Assembly (NCBI GenBank): GCA_964016885.1
Contig: OZ024741.1
Coordinates: 330,460,001-330,524,000 of the forward strand
From: Eledone cirrhosa
Taxonomy: Eukaryota
DNA: 64,000 nt
Direction: 5' to 3'
In this document: positions 29,827-39,888 of the stretch, piece after piece
How positions within the stretch are numbered: the stretch's first letter is position 1
Layout of the letters: the number at the start of each line of letters is the position of its first letter
Translations under genes and position numbers: made by a program
The notes under the pieces: model-generated
What the model saw: the letters and a program-made list of their open reading frames with translations, nothing else
Database searches by the model: none
Told to the model about the DNA's origin: nothing

Positions 29827-30405
29827 TATATATATACACATACATATATGTATGTGTAATATTGCGATAATATTTCTTTTTTGCTGAACTCCTTACATTT
29901 GTAGAGTTTTTTCGGAATGTTTTTTGACTGCTGTTTCGTGTAAACAGTCCTTCGTCTCATTCTGACGTCGCCAGCCATGTTCCCCATGTGCGTTTATTTT
30001 CATAATTACGCATGATGTGAACTAGCCTGCTTTTAAATTCCCTTTTGGCATATTATAACAGTGACTAGGGTCTTTCAGCTCTGCTGATGATCGACTCCAG
30101 CCGTGACCATCCTCACTGAAAGTTTCGTGAAATAGTATTTTTAAGACTATACAGAGCATTTGTAGTTTTTCCAAATTGAAGGATGAGTATTTAAACTTTA
30201 TTGTATTCTGAGTTAAGGCTCTATGATTTTTCCCTGGATTTCACAAAATTCTGTGGATAAATCTATGTCTTGATTTTTTTTTAATTGAGTTTGAATTATT
30301 TCCCCACATCTTACGTTAACTATTTTTCCATTTTGACTTTATAGTCACTTATATATTATGAAATACTGTTGGCTTCACGCTCACAATAATTTCTATACTT
30401 TTCAT

Positions 30406-30458
<53 letters not shown>

Positions 30459-30569
30459 CACATATACAAACTCATACATATATACATACATACACTCACA
30501 CGTGTGTACAAACATATACATACACATATACATATACACACATACATACACACATATACCTATATATAT

Positions 30570-30945
30570 ATCATCATCATCATCATCATCATCACCGTTT
30601 TACGTCCATTCTTCCACGCTAGCATGGGTTAGATGGGTTGTCCTGTTGTGGGCAGTGTCCAGTCGGCTGATCTTGTCTTGCTCATACGGGAACTGATTCT
30701 GGCTTGATTTCTACAGCTGGATGCCCTTCCTAACACCAACCTCATTTACAGTGAGTGCTGGGTGGTTTTTTGCCGTGGCACCTCCACGACCACTTTGCAG
30801 TGGAATGATAGGGACCTGAGTCCTATCATCTCATTTCTACAGCTGAGTAAACTGGAGCAATGTGAAAATAAAGTGTCTTGTTTAAGGAAATAACACATCA
30901 CCCTGTCTGAGAATTGAACTCACAACCTTTCGATTGCAAGCCCAA
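30570..30945 (-). mobile_element. 5'-truncated SINE carrying the RTE family-B tail
   Basis: SINE B box and core as at 15468, but the tail is CCCATGCTAGCGTGGAAGAA.GGACGTAAAACGGTGATG. Confidence 0.85.
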
Positions 30946-30949
30946 TATA

Positions 30950-31069
30950 TAAAACCCGCCAGACAGTCCTATGCGAGCAAGACAACCACTCTTGCCTCAA
31001 GTGGGAAAACTCCCGTCCAAACCCATGCAAGCGTGGAATATGGACGTTAAACGATGATGATGATGATGA
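30950..31069 (+). mobile_element. RTE family-C 3' tail fragment
   Basis: Matches 19604-19730. Confidence 0.88.
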
Positions 31070-31259
31070 CACATACATATGTATATACACTCACACATAC
31101 ACACATGTATAACATACTTCAATACCTATATATATCTATATATACATGTGGAAAAAGCAGATTGGTAAGAAGTACTTACATAACCATAGTGCCATGAGGC
31201 GGGTTGGGGTAGGAGGGATGGAGGTGGAGGGGATATTTTGTCAAGTGGGGTTTTTTTCT

Positions 31260-32470
31260 TTTTTCTTTTTAGTCATCTGGCTTCAACACTGGCTTAAGAT
31301 ATTTGAAAGTTGCAAAGCTTTTGTGCATGCAATTCGGGCAGTGTTCAGAGAGTTTGTTCAGTATCGGACCCTTGGCAAATAGTATTTTGTAGCTCTCTGA
31401 AATACAAAGGTCACGGCACTTGTATCCTCCCTTATATGAGCGCGCTTTCTGGAATATTTTCCATTTGAGCGTGAAAGGAGTGGAGTTCCTCTTGAGGTCA
31501 CAGACATAGGAGGCGAGTGTTGTCTGATTGGATTTGTCCGGTCTTCTGTAAGAGTGAGTATAGGCATATCACCGGGTCTTAAAATTGTTGGAAGTCATTC
31601 GATATAAGTTTTTTTGTTGTTGTCATCAGTGCCTGAGATGACATCACATTTATATACAACGTCATTTGTTAGGCATTTGATTTCAAGTGGGCAGGCTTCC
31701 TTATTTTGGCAGTTGTACAAAGCTCCCGCCCGGGGATTGGTTTCGGAAGTAGTAGGCTTATTTAATTTTGTAGTGTTGAGATTGGCTATATTCCTAGCTA
31801 GATTAGGTGTAGTGGAGTAGGAGAGTCTTACTGTATTCCTATTAAAGATAGTGTAGTACCTATGTTGTGTGGGGAAGTGTATTTTCAGCAATTTGAAGAA
31901 AGTACTAGCTATAGGTGTAGAAACCTCTCTATTGTATCAACTAATCTGCCTATGCCCATTTCTCCTAGGTAGTCTTGGGGTGGTTTCTAGATAAGTAATC
32001 TTTTCTTTAAATCCTCTGCGGGCAAGGGTGTCGCTGTAGTAAGAGGCAGAGGCGCTGAAGATATCTTCATTGGCCAAAAGACCGGAAATTCTGAGTGAAA
32101 TGCTTTTAATTAAGTTATCTGTGATATTTTGGGGTTGGTTCGAATTAATATTTATATATCTGAGGGACTCGTTAGGTTTGTGGTACGGGTAATAGAGGGA
32201 AGTATCTAAGTCGAGAGTGACATCTAAAAAGTTGGTTCTAGTCATATTTGATTCTATGGTTATTCTAAATCCTAGATTATGGAAGAACGAGCTTAAGTTT
32301 CCCTGAAACACATCAGGGTTTCTGAGGTTTACTTTGTGCAAGGCGAAAAGGGCCATCATCTTGGTATAATCCTCCAGTTAGGCCCGTGAAGAGGTTCTTC
32401 AGGTGGTATAAGATGTACAGGCCCACAAGGTCGCTAACTTCATCCGAGTCAGTTGCCCGCATGCTGACGT
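31260..32470 (-). pseudogene. Degenerate Naiad-type PLE (RT C-terminal part plus GIY-YIG)
   Basis: [51 protein letters not shown]. Confidence 0.85.
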
Positions 32471-32478
32471 CATATATA

Positions 32479-32511
<33 letters not shown>

Positions 32512-32548
32512 GTATATATATATATATGTATATATATATAAATATATG

Positions 32549-32616
<68 letters not shown>

Positions 32617-32627
32617 TGTAATTTTAA

Positions 32628-32742
32628 ACAGTTTTTCTGATGATTTGGTTAAGCATACATCATATTTAAAATTGTGTGACCCAACTTCAAGTGATTAGCA
32701 ATTTTAAGACAACTTAACCAATGAAACAATTGTTAATACTGT
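32628..32742 (+). ncRNA. Hammerhead ribozyme with a long stem II loop
   Basis: ACAGTTTTT-CTGATGA-T-TTGGTTAAG..(~59 nt)..CTTAACCAA-T-GAAA-CAATTG-TT-AATACTGT, followed by AATAAA. Confidence 0.72.
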
Positions 32743-32968
32743 AAATAAAACCCTTTTTGTAGTGTTGATCATGTTATTCTTCACTCTTTCACTATTATTA
32801 CTCCAAGATTAACTTACATAGGAATTCCCGAGAACTCACAAACTCGCTACCTGAGGAAACCTCTTGTTGAGTCAAACAACGCCATATGCTAAAGCTATCC
32901 ACAATACGGAGTATTCACAACCTCTAATTGGATTACCTATAACGATAACTTGTTATCCCTTATATATG

Positions 32969-33082
<114 letters not shown>

Positions 33083-33269
33083 TACTTGGGGTGGGTCATA
33101 TTGTTGTAATAATATTGCCAGAATTAATAACAGAACACACTCACTGTTTGGTTGGTTTTCGTTTCTGTATCTTTTATATCAGTAATTAATTCGGTCCTCA
33201 ATGTTACCATTGACTGACCAACGGTAAAAAATACAGATATAATATAGACACAAACACATATATATAGTC

Positions 33270-34473
33270 TAACAAAGTTCTTTCGTTGCACATCTGCAAC
33301 ATCGTCAGTGGTGCTATTATGTTTCCCCCTGTTGTATTGTATGTCTACGCCATCTTTATTTAATCTGTTTATTTATTTATTTATTTATTTTTGTCTTCTT
33401 CTCTGCGCATGCGTTTGTGTGTGTGTATAGTGTTTGATGTGTGTTCGCGTTTGGGTGACTGTGTTTTGGTTATTGTATTCTATCTTAGTTTATTAGTGTG
33501 TGTTTATGTATTTGTTGTTATTGTGCTTGTGTATATATTTATTTATTTATATTTCTCTTAGGTCAGTATTGTTTGTTTGGGTGTTGTTGTTATTCCATTC
33601 ATTTTTTCTGTTTAGCTTTGGCCTTCTAAGTTCTATTTCACTGGCCTCTCTGATTTGCTTATCTGCTGGGTTATTTCTATGTTTAGATATTATTTTAATT
33701 TCTATGTTGTCTATGTTACCGTCATGTTGTTGTCTGGCATGTTCGTATAGTACTGAACCGTTTTTTCGTCCTTTTAGTTCCCCCCAGTGTTGGTCTATCC
33801 TTTCACCTATGCTACGAGCTGTCTCGCCTATGTATGTTGTTGTCATGTTTCTGCAAGTACCATCTGTACATCTTATGCTATAGACTACGTTTCTAGTTTT
33901 ACAGTTTATCCGGGGATTTACTTTACATATAATACATTTCCTATTGGTACAGTGGGTTTTCTTAAAAGGGTAGGTTTTGCTGATCAGGGATTTTATGGTG
34001 GTTCCTGGCTTTTCTACTACCTTAAACTTTAGGTGGGTCTTTCTCGGCCTTTCTACACTGGTTAGCTAATTTCCCTCCAGGGGTAGCGTCCACGAACATG
34101 ACACTCGGGTATCTCTGGTTGTCGAAGCATGAGGTGGCTTTCCCTATCTTATGTTTAGTCCTATCTAAGCTATTCCATGATTTGCTCCTGTATAATGGGC
34201 AAATTCCTTTCATGTCCAGTTCTATGAGGGTCTTATACTTCTCCGTGGCTCCTTCATATACTCTGATTCTGTCTCTTTGGTTGTAGACAGAGAACTGCAT
34301 GCGATTGATGAAGTGTTGGATGTGTCTTTCCATTTCTGTTGGGTTGCACATGCGGGACACGTTCTTCATCACTCGTACCAAGTCTGCGATCAGAATATTA
34401 AACTTAGCACTACTGGACATTGCTGAGTTTTTGAGTATCAGGTATTTGGAGGCCATGAGTTTAGCGTAGTCAT
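33270..34473 (-). mobile_element. 5'-truncated PLE (GIY-YIG, Nematis/Neptune-like) with a degenerate hammerhead in the 3' repeat
   Basis: VVYSIRC..YIGETARSIGER..H..QIREA..LNRKNEW. CUGACGA-U-GUUGCA(GAUG)UGCAAC-GAAA at 33281-33308 on -. Confidence 0.75.
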
Positions 34474-34498
34474 CATATATGTATATATATATATACAG

Positions 34499-34562
<64 letters not shown>

Positions 34563-34705
34563 GTATATCTGTTAGACACGCAGTGACTAACAACAGAATG
34601 TTTTAAGTCTGCGTGTCTGACATATGCGTAGCTTGTGAATAGAATATTCAAGGGGTGTTGCTGGCTGCGGTGATGATCGCTGCCAAACATGTTTTGTAAA
34701 ATATC

Positions 34706-34928
34706 GTCTTATTGGCTAATTTCGTTGTCTTATTGGCTAATCAACCAACGAGAGTAATTGTTGCTCAAAAGCATCCGCCATTTTGTTTGCACGTTTATTT
34801 ATCGTTTCGCTTTCGAATCTTCCTCCTGTATTTCGTCGTTTATCATCAAAATATTTTTCTCATTTTGGTAAGTTATATTGTTAATTTATATATGATTTTT
34901 TAAATTTATATTAACTATTTTTTTTCAG
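34706..34928 (+). promoter_or_regulatory. Possible Pol II promoter, first exon and short intron
   Basis: Duplicated CTTATTGGCTAAT (reverse CCAAT at 34711 and 34732), YY1-like CCGCCATTTT at 34775, GTAAGT at 34868 to T-tract-CAG at 34928. Confidence 0.4.
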
Positions 34929-35258
34929 TTCGTTATAACATGCTTATAATATTGGTTGTATCATATTTACTTGTATATTTGTCCATATTATTGTTCGTTT
35001 TATGTTAGATTATTTTATTATTATTATGTTAGACTATTTGTATGTAATAATTAATTTTTATTAATTCAACTATAACAATTATTATGTAAAATATATTTAT
35101 TTAATATTGATTGTTTTTTGTAGTTGTTTATATTAAAAGTCTGAAAATATTTTTATACATCTTACAATAATATTTATAAGATCATATAAATATATATATA
35201 TGTATATATACATGTATATATGTATATATATATATGTATATATACATGTATATATGTA

Positions 35259-35309
<51 letters not shown>

Positions 35310-35556
35310 ATATATATATGTATATATGTAGGAGGTGAGTTTTATTGTAGTACAATAAAGGAATGCAGATATCGGATAATAAGCACTCTACAGTTTGTAG
35401 GACAGGAGTATACATAATATATAAGAACAAAAGATGGTTAAAAGAGTTCCATGTATTTTCCCAATATCACACATCAATCTAAAACTACTTCTCATATGTT
35501 GTTTTAAAACTGAACTATCCACAAGTGTTTTTTAACCTTCATATCATGTCTTCATG

Positions 35557-35623
35557 TTTTATCTGATGAAAACACAAATATTATTGCATGATGATATTTG
35601 TTTTTGAAATGCGCATAATAAAA
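35557..35623 (+). ncRNA. Hammerhead ribozyme within a short repeat bounded by 50-bp inverted repeats (35410-35459 / 35620-35669)
   Basis: TTTTAT-CTGATGA-AAACACAAATATT..GATATTTGTTTTT-GAAA-TGCGCA-TA-ATAAAA. Confidence 0.85.
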
Positions 35624-35823
35624 TACATGGAACTCTTTTAACCATCTTTTGTTCTTATATATTATGTATATATGTATATATGTAAATATACATGTATATA
35701 TGTATATATATGTGTATGTACATGTATATATGTGTATATATGTATATATATATATGTATATATGTATATATATATATATGTATATATGTATATATATATA
35801 TATGTATATATGTATATATATAT

Positions 35824-36202
35824 ATAAAATATTAAACAAATAATGAATAAACAATTCCTTATATTAAACAAAAAAAGTTCATTATTTAACAATCGTTTCT
35901 AGGATATATATGTGTTAGAATTGGTATGCATATTCAACAGATCTATGTACAAAATTATACAAAATTATACAAATTATCAAGATTAAATATACATACCAAA
36001 CACATATAAATATTTGTTATATGTGTTTGGTATGTATATTTAATCTTGATAATTTGTATAATTTTGTATAATTTTGTACATAGATCTGTTGAATATGCAT
36101 ACCAATTCTAACACATATATATCCTAGAAACGATTGTTAAATAATGAACTTTTTTTGTTTAATATAAGGAATTGTTTATTCATTATTTGTTTAATATTTT
36201 AT
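35824..36202. repeat. Perfect palindrome, 186-bp arms with a 7-nt loop
   Basis: 35824-36009 is the reverse complement of 36017-36202. Confidence 0.92.
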
Positions 36203-36417
36203 CTTGACTCTGTATACCGTTTATCTTTCACCGAAAGTGGTTTTTCATTTCATCTCTTCTTTCCATGATATCCGGAATACATTGAGTTCTTCATACGGAT
36301 TGGACACTACCGTAAACTCTTGGTAGATTTATCTACATATATATATATATATGTATATATATATATGTATATATATATATATGTATATATATATATGTAT
36401 ATATATATATGTATATA

Positions 36418-38000
36418 CCTAACGCTAGCTCTAGAAACCACCCCCCTCATAAAACTAACGTTATAGTAAGCCCGCGAACGGGCGACAGCGCATTAACACA
36501 CATAAGAGCGATCACTTAGATGGAACCACCCGTAGCAAAAGTACAAGGACACGTAATCGCCACCGTAACGTCCTATGGTTCCCCCCCCCCTACTCTCGAA
36601 GTGTGGCCTCCAACATACCCCGGATATTCTTCGAAGCCTTAGAGAAGAACTTCCCACCCAACCATAGGTATAGAAAAATTCTTAATAGGAACAATATAAA
36701 AATATCCTTCTCTACTACTCCTAACCTAGCAGACATCATAGGAACAATGAACCACAGTAAGATCACCAAGACACAGCACCTCGACGCAGACGCACCTACA
36801 CCTGACAATAACTGTATCGGCCTTAACAACTCCTTGACAGCATCCAATAGTGTTGGCAACGGCATCCGCAGACGCAACCAGAATGACCGCGAAGTGACTG
36901 GGGAGCATGCAAAACATGGCGTGCGGAATAACAATCGCACCATCCCGCGTGCTGTGGGTTGTAATTGTGCTAACGACAGCTGCGGTAGCACAGCTAACAA
37001 CGTAGGCAGCAACAATGATAGCCTTATCGTGGGAAATAGACGGAACAGCGACAGAAATTGCAACTGCCGCGACAGAGGACGGTGCCCCCTTAGAGGATAC
37101 TGCTTGACCGATAGGGTTATATATAGATGCACTATTACTAGCCACAATAGCGTTAAACATTATATAGGGGCCACCTCCGGCCCGTTCAAAATTAGGTTTC
37201 GAACACATCTCCACTCTTTCACAAATAGAAAACTAAGGCACTCCACCTCGCTCGCGGACTACATCACATCACTAAAGGACTTAAACATTAGCTTCTCCAC
37301 GCACTGGGAGATTGTCGACAGGGCTGCACCGTACAACTTCAAGAGGAAATGCGATCTTTGCCTCATGGAGCTCTACCACATCATAACTGCACCCCACGAG
37401 CTCATCAACAGCAGAGCTGAAACAGCGATAAGTTGTACACATCGCTTAAAAATATCCTTCTTTAGATGGGTTAAGAATGGAGAGTGAAATAACACACTGG
37501 ATCTCCCTGCAACAAGTCTTAACACCCCGGCGGGCAGGCGCAGCAAAACAACACCCAGAAAACGATCCCTGCATACCAAAAATTATCCGGGAAAGACTGC
37601 CCTAACACCGGCCAAAGTTACCTCCCTTGACCTGCTGCAAAATCAAAACAAGATATTTTTGCGAGCGATGAATCTTGATGTCGATTTAACCCCCAAATCT
37701 CTTTCCAAACTATATAAGGAACACTTGTGACTGTTTATGCCCTTGAGAAGCCCAACTGGGCGAAACGTACGTAGGTGATATTTTCAATAAACATGTTTTA
37801 ACGGCCTATTCTCCGATTTTTCACTTTCCCACGTGCTTACGCTCTGCTAACTCTCTAGCCCACTAAATATTAACACTTCGAATATTTAATACTGCCGGCA
37901 CTAGTATCGAGCACCTTTGGCATACGCTACTTGGCAAATAACTATATGTATCACCTATCCCTCCATTTTTTCTCTCTTTCTCGATACGTAAATACTATAT
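36418..38000 (+). mobile_element. 5'-truncated Naiad-type PLE copy (GIY-YIG plus 3' repeat)
   Basis: Highly similar to 41432-43283, with an internal deletion. CNCRDRGRCPLRGYC, YIG and CDLC motifs. Confidence 0.92.
37736..37780 (+). ncRNA. Minimal hammerhead, U3-A8 core variant, in the Naiad 3' repeat
   Basis: CC-TTGAGAA-GCCC(AACT)GGGC-GAAA-CGTACG-TA-GG. Stem I is weak; AATAAA follows. Confidence 0.7.
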
Positions 38001-38005
38001 ATATG

Positions 38006-38036
<31 letters not shown>

Positions 38037-38053
38037 GTATATATATATATGTG

Positions 38054-38102
<49 letters not shown>

Positions 38103-38393
38103 GTATATATATGTATATATATATATATATATATTTATTAAAATAACAGATTAAAGTTTAAGCAAAGAATCGCTGCTTTCACCCTTAACGTGATCTTCTG
38201 AAACTATATGTATATATATATATGTATATATGTATATGTATATATTAGAATTGGAGCTCTGAAATAGCAATATATATATGGATGTATATATAATGTATTT
38301 TGCAATACACTTTATGCTTAATTAAAAGCATTTTGAAGACCGTAAGCTATTGTTTTAAAGTAGTGACAAATTCACTCACTTTGATCTCAGCAA

Positions 38394-38464
38394 ACAGGGG
38401 AGATAAGCCGACAAGACTTGTTTCGCTTTGGTTGAAGCTTATCAAGGCCAACTACCCCACCTGT
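38394..38464 (-). ncRNA. Type I hammerhead, U3-A8 variant
   Basis: Reverse complement of 38698-38768. Confidence 0.8.
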
Positions 38465-38697
38465 CTACTGAGATCATTGATGTTATATTCTTATAGAAAT
38501 CTAGTAAATAATCAGGAGCTGATTATGCAGAGCGGTTGTTGGTCAGGCAGAAATTAAAAATTATCCATATATATATTGCTATTTCAGAGCTCCAATTTTA
38601 ATTTTTAATTTCTGCCTGACCAACAACCGCTCTGCATAATCAGCTCCTGATTATTTACCAGATTTCTATAAGAATATAACATCAATGATCTCAGTAG

Positions 38698-38768
38698 ACA
38701 GGTGGGGTAGTTGGCCTTGATAAGCTTCAACCAAAGCGAAACAAGTCTTGTCGGCTTATCTCCCCTGT
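38698..38768 (+). ncRNA. Type I hammerhead, U3-A8 variant, with extended bulged helix I
   Basis: ACAGGTGGGGTAGTTGGCC-TTGATAA-GCTT(CAACCA)AAGC-GAAA-CAAGTCTTG-TC-GGCTTATCTCCCCTGT. Confidence 0.8.
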
Positions 38769-38899
38769 TTGCTGAGATCAAAGTGAGTGAATTTGTCACT
38801 ACTTTAAAACAATAGCTTACGGTCTTCAAAATGCTTTTAATTAAGCATAAAGTGTATTGCAAAATACATTATATATACATATGTATATATATACATATG

Positions 38900-38930
<31 letters not shown>

Positions 38931-39025
38931 GTATATGTATATATATATATATGTATATGTATATATATATATGTATATATACATATATATATATATGTAT
39001 ATGTATATATATATATATGTATATG

Positions 39026-39056
<31 letters not shown>

Positions 39057-39197
39057 GTATATGTATATGTATATATATATATGTATATATATATATATGT
39101 ATATGTATATATATATATATGTATATATATATATGTGTATATATATATATATATGTATAGAGATTACAGTAATCAAAGTTCAGTTTAAGTCATTTAT

Positions 39198-39246
39198 TTG
39201 CTTACAATTGTTTCCTCCAAACCGAGGTTTGGATTCTTCGGAGCAA
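39198..39246 (-). ncRNA. Minimal hammerhead, U4C core, in a dispersed repeat (about 39155-39525)
   Basis: UUGCU-CCGAAGA-A-UCCAAACC(UC)GGUUUGGA-G-GAAA-CAAUUG-UA-AGCAA. Confidence 0.78.
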
Positions 39247-39844
39247 CTATTTATAACATACTTGACCTCCTTTTCAACCCAAGAGACACATAAAACATAT
39301 GCGCATATTGATCAACAGTGGGGTGACATTCATCAAATGATATAGCATGGCAATTTACATATAAAGTGTTACAGGATAAAAATAACATAAAAACAAGAGT
39401 GAAAATAAGAGTGAAAATAAAGATAAACATGAAGCGTTGGCAGTCTATGAAGATAAAGCAAGAGGAAAGCTTAGAGTAGTCAGTGCATGGAACAATCTCC
39501 CGTGCAGCATGCACGCGTGTCTTATCTATACATGATTAGAGTGCGTCAGAATGATGTTTGCAAGGTCAGGCAGTTGAAGCTGGCAATCGATCTTACTATG
39601 TAGGCTGAATTATTAAGTCATTTATTCTCATACATCTGTATGATATACGGTCTCGGATGCGGGGAAACACCAAAATATCAAAAACCATCAACATACTATA
39701 AACCTTATTGTATCGTAGGCAAGGCCGTACCATTGTCCCTGCTCACGCCGCCACTCCCATAATCCATGAGACGCAATATATATATAGAGAATACACGTCT
39801 ATTGTATAATTCGCGGTGGTTCAGCATATAGTCAAGCTATAAAC

Positions 39845-39888
39845 CGTATCCAGTCGGTTCTTAATTAATTAAGAACCGACTGGATACG
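39845..39888. repeat. 44-bp perfect palindrome at the 5' junction of the Naiad element
   Basis: CGTATCCAGTCGGTTCTTAATT-AATTAAGAACCGACTGGATACG. Confidence 0.95.

Larger units (their letters stand above)
38249..38878. repeat. Inverted duplication A-B-A'-B' of a ~315-bp hammerhead-bearing unit
   Basis: A 38249-38283, B 38284-38562, A' 38563-38597, B' about 38599-38878. Confidence 0.9.

Noticed and set aside
30084-30125. CTGATGA...GAAA hammerhead candidate
   Set aside because: Helices I and II do not pair; TCCAGCCGTGACCATCC looks like an old SINE remnant.
31595-31600. In-frame TGA in a Naiad endonuclease as possible selenocysteine
   Set aside because: It results from a 1-nt deletion in YIGMTSNNFKTR. 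The conserved Cys positions in the Naiad ORFs here translate as Cys.
32851-32880. CTGAGGA core (also at 13182)
   Set aside because: No GAAA or stem III follows the hairpin.
36044-36145. TTGATAA...GAAACGATTGTT in the palindrome arm as a U3-A8 hammerhead
   Set aside because: No helix II closing pairs and poor helix I.
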